A DNA stretch of 64,000 bases, taken from IMG/VR virus record IMGVR_UViG_3300022752_000019, positions 64,001 through 128,000 of that record. One strand, written 5' to 3'. Source of the stretch: a virus. Below, piece by piece: positions 7,823-15,638 of the stretch (positions are counted from its first letter, which is position 1; each line of letters begins with the position of its first letter). The notes under the pieces are model-generated. The model was not told the origin of the DNA and did no database searches. It saw only the letters and a program-made list of their open reading frames with translations. Made by a program: the position numbers and the translations under genes.

Positions 7823-9192
7823 TCAGGCTGCCGATCTTGGAGGAAGGTAAGGCTTACCGAGGTCGGCATCTCTTTCTGCCGAAGACAAAGGTGAGCCGCG
7901 CGACGATGGAAGGGCTGCTCACTTTCGGAGACGACCCAAGCCGGGGAAGCCGAGGGCTTGTGGTCGAGCATCCGCATCACATCCAGGTGCCGAAGTACGC
8001 GCTCTCTGATGAGCAACTTGCCAAGCTCGGCTGTCCGCTTGTCGAAGAGCAGCGCGTCTACCCAAAGATCAACCTCTCCCGCAAGCCCACCTTTGATCTG
8101 CGGGACAATCAGCTCGAAGCGTGGGAGGCACTGAAGGCAGCAAAGAGGGGGATCTTGAACCTTGCCTGCGGGAAAGGCAAGACCGTCATGGGCTGGAACA
8201 AGGCTGCGCACGAGAAGGTGCCGACCCTCATCGTCAGCCCACAGCGCGCGCACCTGGACAACTGGATTGGAGAGCTTCGGCAGTTCTTTGACTACCCTGG
8301 AGAAGTCGGCTGGATTCAAGGGAAGCGGTTTGAATACGAGGCCGACATCTGTGTATCGACCGTTCAGACGTTGGCAGCACGGGCAGAGGAGGGCACTCTC
8401 CCGGCAGACTTCTACCAGCGATTCGGCCTGGTCATCTACGACGAGTGCCACATCATGGCTGCGGACTTCTTCTCGAAGGCCAGCAGCGTAGGCTCCGGCA
8501 TTCGTCTTGGGCTCACGGCAACCCCAACACGGACAGATCGTTGCGAAGGCATCTTCTACTCTCACCTGGGGCCCGTCTTCTACTCGGACATCAGTCAGGA
8601 CCTGACGCCGACGATCTTCGTCGTCGAGACTGGCGTGTTTTACAGAGAAGAAGAACAGAAGAAGATGCTGGACAAGACGGGGCAGCTAAACGTGGGGCGC
8701 TTGCACAAGACCCTTGCCGAAAACAAGGATCGCAACGCCGTCATTCAGGAAGTCATCGACGAGTGCCTCCGAAGGGGGCGAACAGTCTATGCACTCTCGC
8801 ATGGACCAGAGCACATCGAGGAGTTCCAGAAGGCCAACCCAGGCTCAACCGTGATTCACGGCGGAACGAAGTCAGAGGAGCGGCTGGGTCGCCTGAACGG
8901 CAGCAACTTGGTGTTCGCCTCCGTAGGCGTCGGAGCTGCCGCGTACAACCGCAAGGACCTGGACACCCTCATCCTGATGACGCCCTTCGCCGCGCGGTCT
9001 CACTCGGCGATCACATTCCAACAGAGCGTGGGTCGGATCCTGCGCGCGCTTCCCGGAAAGAAGGATCCATGGGTCTTTCTCATCATGGACAAGTCCGTCG
9101 ACGCATGCAAGGGGATGGTTCACTCCCTCATCCGTGAAAGTCAGCGTCGCGGATATCGTGTCATAACGAGATGGAACTGGAACGCAGTATAG
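7819..9192 (+). CDS. Superfamily 2 DNA helicase (UvsW/XPB-like)
   Basis: LRDNQ (Q motif), LACGKGKT, DECH, GLTATP, QQSVGRILR. Confidence 0.9.
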   Translation: MIRLPILEEGKAYRGRHLFLPKTKVSRATMEGLLTFGDDPSRGSRGLVVEHPHHIQVPKYALSDEQLAKLGCPLVEEQRVYPKINLSRKPTFDLRDNQLEAWEALKAAKRGILNLACGKGKTVMGWNKAAHEKVPTLIVSPQRAHLDNWIGELRQFFDYPGEVGWIQGKRFEYEADICVSTVQTLAARAEEGTLPADFYQRFGLVIYDECHIMAADFFSKASSVGSGIRLGLTATPTRTDRCEGIFYSHLGPVFYSDISQDLTPTIFVVETGVFYREEEQKKMLDKTGQLNVGRLHKTLAENKDRNAVIQEVIDECLRRGRTVYALSHGPEHIEEFQKANPGSTVIHGGTKSEERLGRLNGSNLVFASVGVGAAAYNRKDLDTLILMTPFAARSHSAITFQQSVGRILRALPGKKDPWVFLIMDKSVDACKGMVHSLIRESQRRGYRVITRWNWNAV

Positions 9193-9200
9193 GAGATGCA

Positions 9201-9914
9201 ATGATTGGCTTCAGCGCGCTTCGCGCGCTCAATGACGAGTACAAGAAGTGCTCAAGGTGTCCGCGGCTGTGCGCAAGTCGCACTCAGCCGGTGTTCGGCA
9301 CGGGAAGCATCACGGCGGACATCGTCTATGTGGGCGGGGCCCCTGCCGCCGAGGAGGATGCGGAGGGACTTCCTTTCGTGGGACCTGCGGGCCGGATGCT
9401 TCTTCAGCTCTTTGAGAAGGTCTGGCCCACCGACGACGAGATCGACGCGATTCGGCAAGTCGACGACAACGATCTGTACTTCGACAAACTGTCCGACTAC
9501 ATGACCCAGAGAATCTTCCTCACGAACGCGGTCCTATGTCGTCCCGAGGACGACCGAGTTCCGTCTGCGACGGAACTCAAGGAGTGCCGAGATCGTCTTC
9601 ACCAGACGATCTACGCCATTGATCCCATCCTGATCATTGCCGGCGGTAAGACCGCTGCATCGCATCTGGTTGGGAAGAATGTGAACATCCTCGAGAAGCG
9701 CGGAGAGTTGATGGACATCACCATCACGTCTCCTTCGACTGACCGAGAGGTTCGATACGCCATGCTTCCGGTCCTGGACTGCGGCTTCCTTCTTCGGAAG
9801 GGAGACTCCGCACTTGTCAAGGAGAAGAAGGGGCACACATTCGATACGCTGGGCGACTTCCGCTACGCGCTCGAGATTGTTGACACACACCGCAAGTTGG
9901 TTCGGAGTCTTTGA
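9201..9914 (+). CDS. Family-4 uracil-DNA glycosylase homolog (Fe-S) with degenerate catalytic motifs
   Basis: CSRCPRL, PVFGTG, EDAEGLPFVGPAGRML, TNAVLCRP, ELKEC; GEAPG is replaced by GGAPA and HPA by DCG. Confidence 0.85.
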   Translation: MIGFSALRALNDEYKKCSRCPRLCASRTQPVFGTGSITADIVYVGGAPAAEEDAEGLPFVGPAGRMLLQLFEKVWPTDDEIDAIRQVDDNDLYFDKLSDYMTQRIFLTNAVLCRPEDDRVPSATELKECRDRLHQTIYAIDPILIIAGGKTAASHLVGKNVNILEKRGELMDITITSPSTDREVRYAMLPVLDCGFLLRKGDSALVKEKKGHTFDTLGDFRYALEIVDTHRKLVRSL

Positions 9915-10336
9915 TGGAAAACACCCAGCGCCTTGTCGAGATCTCTCACCGCCTCTCCGACATCACAGAGAGCCTGAAGGCCAGCGAACCGGAGTTGTTC
10001 GAGGAGCTCGAGGCCCTTCGCACAGAGAAGGCGGGTCTGATCGAGAAGGCCAAGCTCGAGTTGCGAGAGGCCGGGGTAGGCACGCACACCATTGGCGGCT
10101 TCAAGATCAAGGTGGCCCCGGGCACCAAGAAGCGGGTCTACAACGTCGACGACATTCAGGAGTTGGCTGAGGAGCTCGGGCACACCGATCTGCTGACGAA
10201 GTACAAGGTGTTCAAGACCGAGGTGGACACCGACCAGATCGAGCGGCTTCCGCCCGAGATCAAGGTCCACTACCAGGACCTCTACACGGAGACGGTACAG
10301 AGCGCGAAGGTGACTCTGCCGAAGGAACTTCAGTGA
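9914..10336 (+). CDS. Hypothetical phage protein (N-terminal coiled coil, Gam/Gp157-like layout)
   Basis: Coupled ORF with strong GC3 codon bias. Confidence 0.7.
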   Translation: MENTQRLVEISHRLSDITESLKASEPELFEELEALRTEKAGLIEKAKLELREAGVGTHTIGGFKIKVAPGTKKRVYNVDDIQELAEELGHTDLLTKYKVFKTEVDTDQIERLPPEIKVHYQDLYTETVQSAKVTLPKELQ

Positions 10337-10653
10337 TCGACATCTCCATCTCAAGTGGAGACGACCGCAGAATCGCGTCCTTCCCCGTAACGCCGGAGAA
10401 CACGGGCATGGCACAGAACGAGTTGTCCAAGTTGATTGGGGACGGTAAGGCATCCGTCAGTTGTGCGGTATCCTTCGCGGACAAGGACTACGGCAACGGT
10501 TACGAGGTAAGGGTCTCAGTCAGCCTTGCCTGCAACCAGGATCGAGGCACGCTTGATCTCGCTGCCGCTGCTGCGCAGGAGATTGCCTCCGTTCATCTCG
10601 AGCAAGCCAAATCCATGGCAGAGGTGATGTATGGAGAACTCTCGAGGAAGTGA
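10333..10653 (+). CDS. Hypothetical protein
   Basis: GTGA overlap with the upstream gene within the operon. Confidence 0.7.
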   Translation: MIDISISSGDDRRIASFPVTPENTGMAQNELSKLIGDGKASVSCAVSFADKDYGNGYEVRVSVSLACNQDRGTLDLAAAAAQEIASVHLEQAKSMAEVMYGELSRK

Positions 10654-10900
10654 TGTCCGCATCGACATCGTCCGCGTAGAGGTCACTCCTGCTTCCGCTG
10701 AGATCAAGGTAGCCTACCTTCTGAGCCTAAAGAACAAGGTCTTTGAGGGTGCGGTTGCCGGAGGGGAGACCCAGTTCTCGAATGAGACACTGGGTCTCCA
10801 GCTCTTAGAGCTGGTTGAGAAGATCCGGGTCCAGATCGAACAAGATCTGGGCCTGACTTCCGCATCAGAGAATTCTGTGGAAGAAGAGGACCCATTGTAA
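10631..10900 (+). CDS. Hypothetical protein
   Basis: GAGG SD; stop overlaps the dnaB ATG (TAATG). Confidence 0.6.
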   Translation: MENSRGSDVRIDIVRVEVTPASAEIKVAYLLSLKNKVFEGAVAGGETQFSNETLGLQLLELVEKIRVQIEQDLGLTSASENSVEEEDPL

Positions 10901-13545
10901 TGCCGCATCCGGAACTTGAGCTGATTAGCAACATCCTGAACTCGGGTGACTTCAACACGCCCAAGAAGAAGGGGTTGACCGCTGAGTGGTTTACACTGGA
11001 AGCTGCAAAAGACGCGTATCAGTGGCTGTGGGACGAGTACCACGACCCGCAACAGCGCGGAGAAGTGCCGACCGTTGATCGGTTCCTGCGGAAGTTCCCC
11101 AGCTTCGACTACGCGCCCAGCCGGAACTCGTTGAACGCCCTCATCACGGATGTGCGGACGTCGAAGGTCCAGGCAGACCTTCAACACATGCTGAACGAGA
11201 TGCAGGACGAGTTGGTGGATGGAGAAGATCCTTCCCTCATCCTCGACTCCTTCCTGCCGAAATTCCGGCGTATGAATGTGGAGGCGCACGAGGACGACGG
11301 CATCCTCTTGTCGTCCTCCGTTGCAATCCTAAAACAGCAGTACTCCACCCATGCCGAGTCTGGCGGTGTCGTCGGCATCCCGTACCCGTGGGAGATCTTG
11401 AACCAAAAGACCGGCGGTATGCGGGATGAGGAGTTCATTGTCATCTACGGCAGACCCGCAAACATGAAATGCGTGGTAGAGGGACAACGCATCATGATGC
11501 CCAACGGCGACATGATCCCGATTGAGGACCTTCCAGACCTCTGTACTGTCTCCTCATTCACAGATGCGACCATGAGCATGCGCTGGGCAGCAGCCCGGCG
11601 CGTGGTTAGCGGAGAAAAGGAGTGCGTTCGGGTGACGACGGAGAGCGGCCGCGTCATTGAGACAAGTACCGAGCACTACTTCATGGTCCCTGAAGGCTCC
11701 TTTGAAGGGAAGTACGACAGGATTCGAGACCTGCATGTTGGCAGTTGGATTGCTACTGCCCGCAGCGTCCCAGATTGGTCTTCGGAAAACCATGACCCTA
11801 AGCTGGGATGGCTTCTGGGCGCCCTGACGGGTGATGGGAACTACACACGAAGCGAGGTTCAATTCACCAATCACGATTCCGACGTGGTGTCCTCGCTTAG
11901 GTCCATCGCCCTCACGTACAACTGTAAGGTAAACAGTGGGAGCGTGGAGGGCGAATACCGGGTCGTGTCCTACGATACCCACAAGAACAAGATCTTGGAT
12001 CTACTCCGAGAGCTTGGGATGCACGGAAAGAAAGGGCCTGAGAAAGAAGTCCCGTCTTGGATTTTCCGATCCTCTCGTCAGACGATCGCGGCTTACTTGG
12101 GCGGTCTGTTGGACACCGATGGGACCGTTCGCAGCGCGTCTCCGTCTCGAGTCGCCTGGTACACTTCAAGCCCGAAGCTGGCCCGAGACATCCAGCATCT
12201 CTTGATGCGACTCGGCATCTCCCGGGCCGGAATCTCTGTTGATGCTGCAAAAGAGCAGCGGCAGATTTCCGTGTATGGCCCTGACCAGTACCGCATCCTG
12301 TTGAAAGTACTGGGCCCGTATTTGAGCTGCATGCGTAAGCGCACGGCACTCGAGGATCTCGCCAAAGAAACGGGAACCTCTCCAAATAACGACGGGATTC
12401 CCTGCTCTCGCAGACTGGAGGGACTGATCCTGGAGAAGAAGGGAGCACGTCTCTGGCCCCGGATGGGCAACTCGAAGCTGGATCGCTCCAAACTCTTCCG
12501 CAGGAGCGGATGCATCAGCCGCGCACTCCTCGAGAAGATGGCAACAGAATGGGGATCTGCCGAGTTGGCACTGGAGGCCCAGACACAGATTCGATGGGAG
12601 CGAATCAAGTCAATTGAACCGATTGGTAGAAAGCCCTGCTACGACGTCTGTATTCAGGACGGCCAAGATCCGAACTTCGTTGTCGAAGACTTCGTCGTTC
12701 ACAATACGTGGGCCGCGTGCGCGATTGCAGCGCATGCGTACCTTACGAACCATCGTGTGATGGTCTTCTCGAAGGAGATCTCACGCGAAGCCATGCTCAC
12801 GCGAATCTCGTCTATTCTGGGCAACGTGGACTACGACCGCCTCCGTCGCGGCTTGCTGTCCGAGGAAGACGCCGAAGAGTTCTTTGAGCTGATGGAGGAG
12901 CTTGCAGAGACCGAGGAAGACGAGAGCGTGGGTGCGCACCATCGCGCGCTCCTGTTCATGTCCGACAAGGGAAAGAAGTCGGGTAGTACCGTCGAAGACC
13001 TGATTGCGGCTGCCGAGCGGTTCCAGCCAGACCTGATCGTAGTCGACGGCTTCTACCTCATGCGCGACGGAAGGTCCGGGCAAAGAACGGCTGACTGGAA
13101 GCAGATTAGCCACATCAGCCAAGACCTCAAAGGCATGGCTCAGTTTGTTGGTTGTCCCGTCGTTGGTACGACGCAGGCCAATCGCGCGAATGCCAAAGAG
13201 CCCACTGGCGACGTTGATGACCTGTCGTTTGCGGACGGCATCGGCCAAGACGCAGACATCGCGTTCCGCGTATTCAAGGGACCAAACCCTTCGGGGAGAG
13301 GAGCCTCCCTTCTTTTTGTGTTCAGCAAGAGTAGAGAGACAGTGATTCCCCCGTTCATCATCAATGCTTCTCCCGGCTCAGACTTCAGCGTGCAGCAGGC
13401 CCATGCGAACGTGAAGGCGTTCCTTGAGTTGAAGGCGCAGATGGAGATGTCCGAGGGCGCTGACGGTGACGAGGGCGGGGGCGGCGGAGGTAAGAAGGAA
13501 GAGAAGAAAAAGCCCAAGAAGAGAGATGACCCCTTCAGAGCCTGA
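10900..13545 (+). CDS. dnaB: Replicative DnaB-family helicase, intein-containing
   Basis: GIPYPW..LN..TGG, Walker A GRPANMK|T split by the intein, FSKEIS, LIVVDGFYLM, ISQDLKGMA, TTQANR, IGQDAD. Confidence 0.92.
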   Translation: MPHPELELISNILNSGDFNTPKKKGLTAEWFTLEAAKDAYQWLWDEYHDPQQRGEVPTVDRFLRKFPSFDYAPSRNSLNALITDVRTSKVQADLQHMLNEMQDELVDGEDPSLILDSFLPKFRRMNVEAHEDDGILLSSSVAILKQQYSTHAESGGVVGIPYPWEILNQKTGGMRDEEFIVIYGRPANMKCVVEGQRIMMPNGDMIPIEDLPDLCTVSSFTDATMSMRWAAARRVVSGEKECVRVTTESGRVIETSTEHYFMVPEGSFEGKYDRIRDLHVGSWIATARSVPDWSSENHDPKLGWLLGALTGDGNYTRSEVQFTNHDSDVVSSLRSIALTYNCKVNSGSVEGEYRVVSYDTHKNKILDLLRELGMHGKKGPEKEVPSWIFRSSRQTIAAYLGGLLDTDGTVRSASPSRVAWYTSSPKLARDIQHLLMRLGISRAGISVDAAKEQRQISVYGPDQYRILLKVLGPYLSCMRKRTALEDLAKETGTSPNNDGIPCSRRLEGLILEKKGARLWPRMGNSKLDRSKLFRRSGCISRALLEKMATEWGSAELALEAQTQIRWERIKSIEPIGRKPCYDVCIQDGQDPNFVVEDFVVHNTWAACAIAAHAYLTNHRVMVFSKEISREAMLTRISSILGNVDYDRLRRGLLSEEDAEEFFELMEELAETEEDESVGAHHRALLFMSDKGKKSGSTVEDLIAAAERFQPDLIVVDGFYLMRDGRSGQRTADWKQISHISQDLKGMAQFVGCPVVGTTQANRANAKEPTGDVDDLSFADGIGQDADIAFRVFKGPNPSGRGASLLFVFSKSRETVIPPFIINASPGSDFSVQQAHANVKAFLELKAQMEMSEGADGDEGGGGGGKKEEKKKPKKRDDPFRA
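11470..12705 (+). mobile_element. Intein (412 aa) with LAGLIDADG homing endonuclease
   Basis: Starts CVVEGQRI; block B TSTEHYF; LLGALTGDG and YLGGLLDTDG; ends FVVHN followed by Thr. Confidence 0.95.
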
Positions 13546-14491
13546 CTTTCTTCCAGAGTTCCAGAAGTATGTCCCCGGACTCCGCCCAGGGTCCGGGGAC
13601 AACTTCATGGGCTTCTGTCCCATTCACGGAGAGGTGGTAGGGCAAAGCAAGCCGAGCCTGTCTGTCAACGTGAAGACGGGACTGTGGTTCTGCTTCGCAG
13701 GATGCGGCGGCGGGAACATCCGAAAGTTCCTGACGCTGCTTGGAGAAAGCAAGGCAGTTGTTGACAAGATTTCGGCTAAGAAAGTATCGACAAGTCCCGC
13801 GAAGCGAGCTAAGAAGACTGCTCCTGCGGATGAGATCCCAGAGCGGCTATTGGGCGTGTTCGACTGGTGCCCGGAGCAGCTTGTACGGGAAGGATTCCGC
13901 GAGAAGGTGCTCTTTGACAACGACGTAGGATTCGACAGGAAACTGTCGAGAATCACATTCCCTGTTCGTGATAGGACAGGGAAACTGGTCGGCATCGTAG
14001 GCAAGCAGCCGTCCAGTGAATTCGGAAAGTACAAGGTCTATACTACCGAACTTCTGGAGTATGGACTGAGAGTCCCTTCATTTTCGAAGGGAGATCACTT
14101 GTGGCGAATCGATAAGGTGGTCGAGGAGCTTCAACACGAACGCAAGCCTGTGTTCATTGTTGAGGGATTCAAGGCTGCCCTGTGGTTCTGCCAGGCGGGC
14201 ATCACGAATGTCGTTGCTCTGATGGGCAGCTACATGACGGATACCCAAAAACAGTTGGTCGAGAGTCTGAGTCCTCGGATCATCTTGTGTCTCGACAACG
14301 ACGACGCAGGGCAGTCTGGGACTCTGAAGATCGCCCAAAAACTTCAGGCTTCACGCGTTCACGTTGCCATCTTGCCGGAGGGGATTCATCAGCCCGATGA
14401 CCTCACCTCGGCGGAACTTCGTGAAGTGTGTAGCACCCCCGTAAGTATCAGTGAGGCAAGACGACAATGGCTCCTAAGACAATCCCCCTGA
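13526..14491 (+). CDS. dnaG: DNA primase (CHC2 zinc finger + TOPRIM)
   Basis: CPIH...WFCFAGC, RITFPVRD, IVEGFKAA, LCLDNDDAG. Confidence 0.9.
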   Translation: MTPSEPDFLPEFQKYVPGLRPGSGDNFMGFCPIHGEVVGQSKPSLSVNVKTGLWFCFAGCGGGNIRKFLTLLGESKAVVDKISAKKVSTSPAKRAKKTAPADEIPERLLGVFDWCPEQLVREGFREKVLFDNDVGFDRKLSRITFPVRDRTGKLVGIVGKQPSSEFGKYKVYTTELLEYGLRVPSFSKGDHLWRIDKVVEELQHERKPVFIVEGFKAALWFCQAGITNVVALMGSYMTDTQKQLVESLSPRIILCLDNDDAGQSGTLKIAQKLQASRVHVAILPEGIHQPDDLTSAELREVCSTPVSISEARRQWLLRQSP

Positions 14492-15588
14492 GTGCAAACC
14501 GTGGACGTAATGGCAAGGGCGGCCCTCGCCAGAAGAAGGCCGGCTGGAGTGCCAAGTGGTCCGATGAGTTGAAGATCGGCAAAGACGAGTCGGCGTGGAT
14601 CCAGATCACGCCGGGCAAGTACGAGGGCGAGGACGGTAACCTCCAGTCCTACTACTGCGCCCCCATGTTCAAGCTCCAGTTCCAGAACAAGTTCGGAGGC
14701 ACATCCTGGGGCTACTACCGCGGCAATGGTGGCCCGGACTGCACCCTTCAGCAGTGCGCCGATTCCAAGAACCCGAATGTTGAGGAGCCCAAGTACGGCG
14801 CCCCCAATCGGTTCTTCGTGAACGTGATTCACTACGGAGTGTACGCCCGCACCCCGCTCGAAAAGGACGGCAAGCCCGTCACCTACGCGGACGGAAAGCT
14901 GAAGGGACAGCCCGTCTACATCTGGAACGAGGTCAAGACGGTCCGGGAGAAGCGGCAGCTCATCTCGAACGGAGACCCGGAGGACGTCGGCTTCTTCCGC
15001 AAGAAGTTCCTTGAGCTGCCGGCCACGCAGTTCAAGATCATCCAGGAGGTCGCCAAGAAGGCGCGCTCCATGTGCAAGTGTGGCGGCACGCTGTTCCCCT
15101 CGGTGTTTGTCTGCCCGGAGTGCGAGGGCGTTCTTCTGGACGCCTCCGAATCGGACATGACCGACGCGGAGATCGCGAACTACGGTGACCAGGACATTCG
15201 CTGCCGCCACTGCGGCTCGGTGAACTTCCCTCGCGCGGAGTACGACTGTGACTCCTGCTCGGATCCGCGTCCGCACGAGTACCATGAGGTTGCGGCGAAG
15301 ATCAAGAAGGTGACCGGCAACAACGGCTACCCCTCCCTCGCCGTGGACAACGTAGTCTCGATGCGCGACCACACCTTCGAGAACAAGAAGCCCATCGTCG
15401 AGTCCGAGAAGGAAGACGGGTCGTTCAAGTACCCGGAGGACATCGAGAACCTGATGAAGGTCCAGTACGACTTCGAGACCTACACGGCCCCGAAGACGAA
15501 TGCGGAGTACTCTGAGCTGCTTGGGCTGCGTGAAGGTGACAACGGCTTCGTGTCCAACGCGAAGCGGTACAACAACTTCCGCGGATAG
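14467..15588 (+). CDS. Putative single-stranded DNA-binding protein with multiple zinc ribbons
   Basis: Lies between primase and PolA; extreme GC3 bias and a downstream terminator suggest high expression; RFFVNVI motif; four Cys pairs. Confidence 0.5.
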   Translation: MAPKTIPLSANRGRNGKGGPRQKKAGWSAKWSDELKIGKDESAWIQITPGKYEGEDGNLQSYYCAPMFKLQFQNKFGGTSWGYYRGNGGPDCTLQQCADSKNPNVEEPKYGAPNRFFVNVIHYGVYARTPLEKDGKPVTYADGKLKGQPVYIWNEVKTVREKRQLISNGDPEDVGFFRKKFLELPATQFKIIQEVAKKARSMCKCGGTLFPSVFVCPECEGVLLDASESDMTDAEIANYGDQDIRCRHCGSVNFPRAEYDCDSCSDPRPHEYHEVAAKIKKVTGNNGYPSLAVDNVVSMRDHTFENKKPIVESEKEDGSFKYPEDIENLMKVQYDFETYTAPKTNAEYSELLGLREGDNGFVSNAKRYNNFRG

Positions 15589-15595
15589 TTCATCT

Positions 15596-15626
15596 CCGAG
15601 GGGCCCCTTGTGGGCCCCTCGGTTTT
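15596..15626 (+). terminator. Intrinsic terminator
   Basis: CCGAGGGGCCC-cttgt-GGGCCCCTCGG-TTTT. Confidence 0.8.
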
Positions 15627-15638
15627 GTGGAGAAGAAC

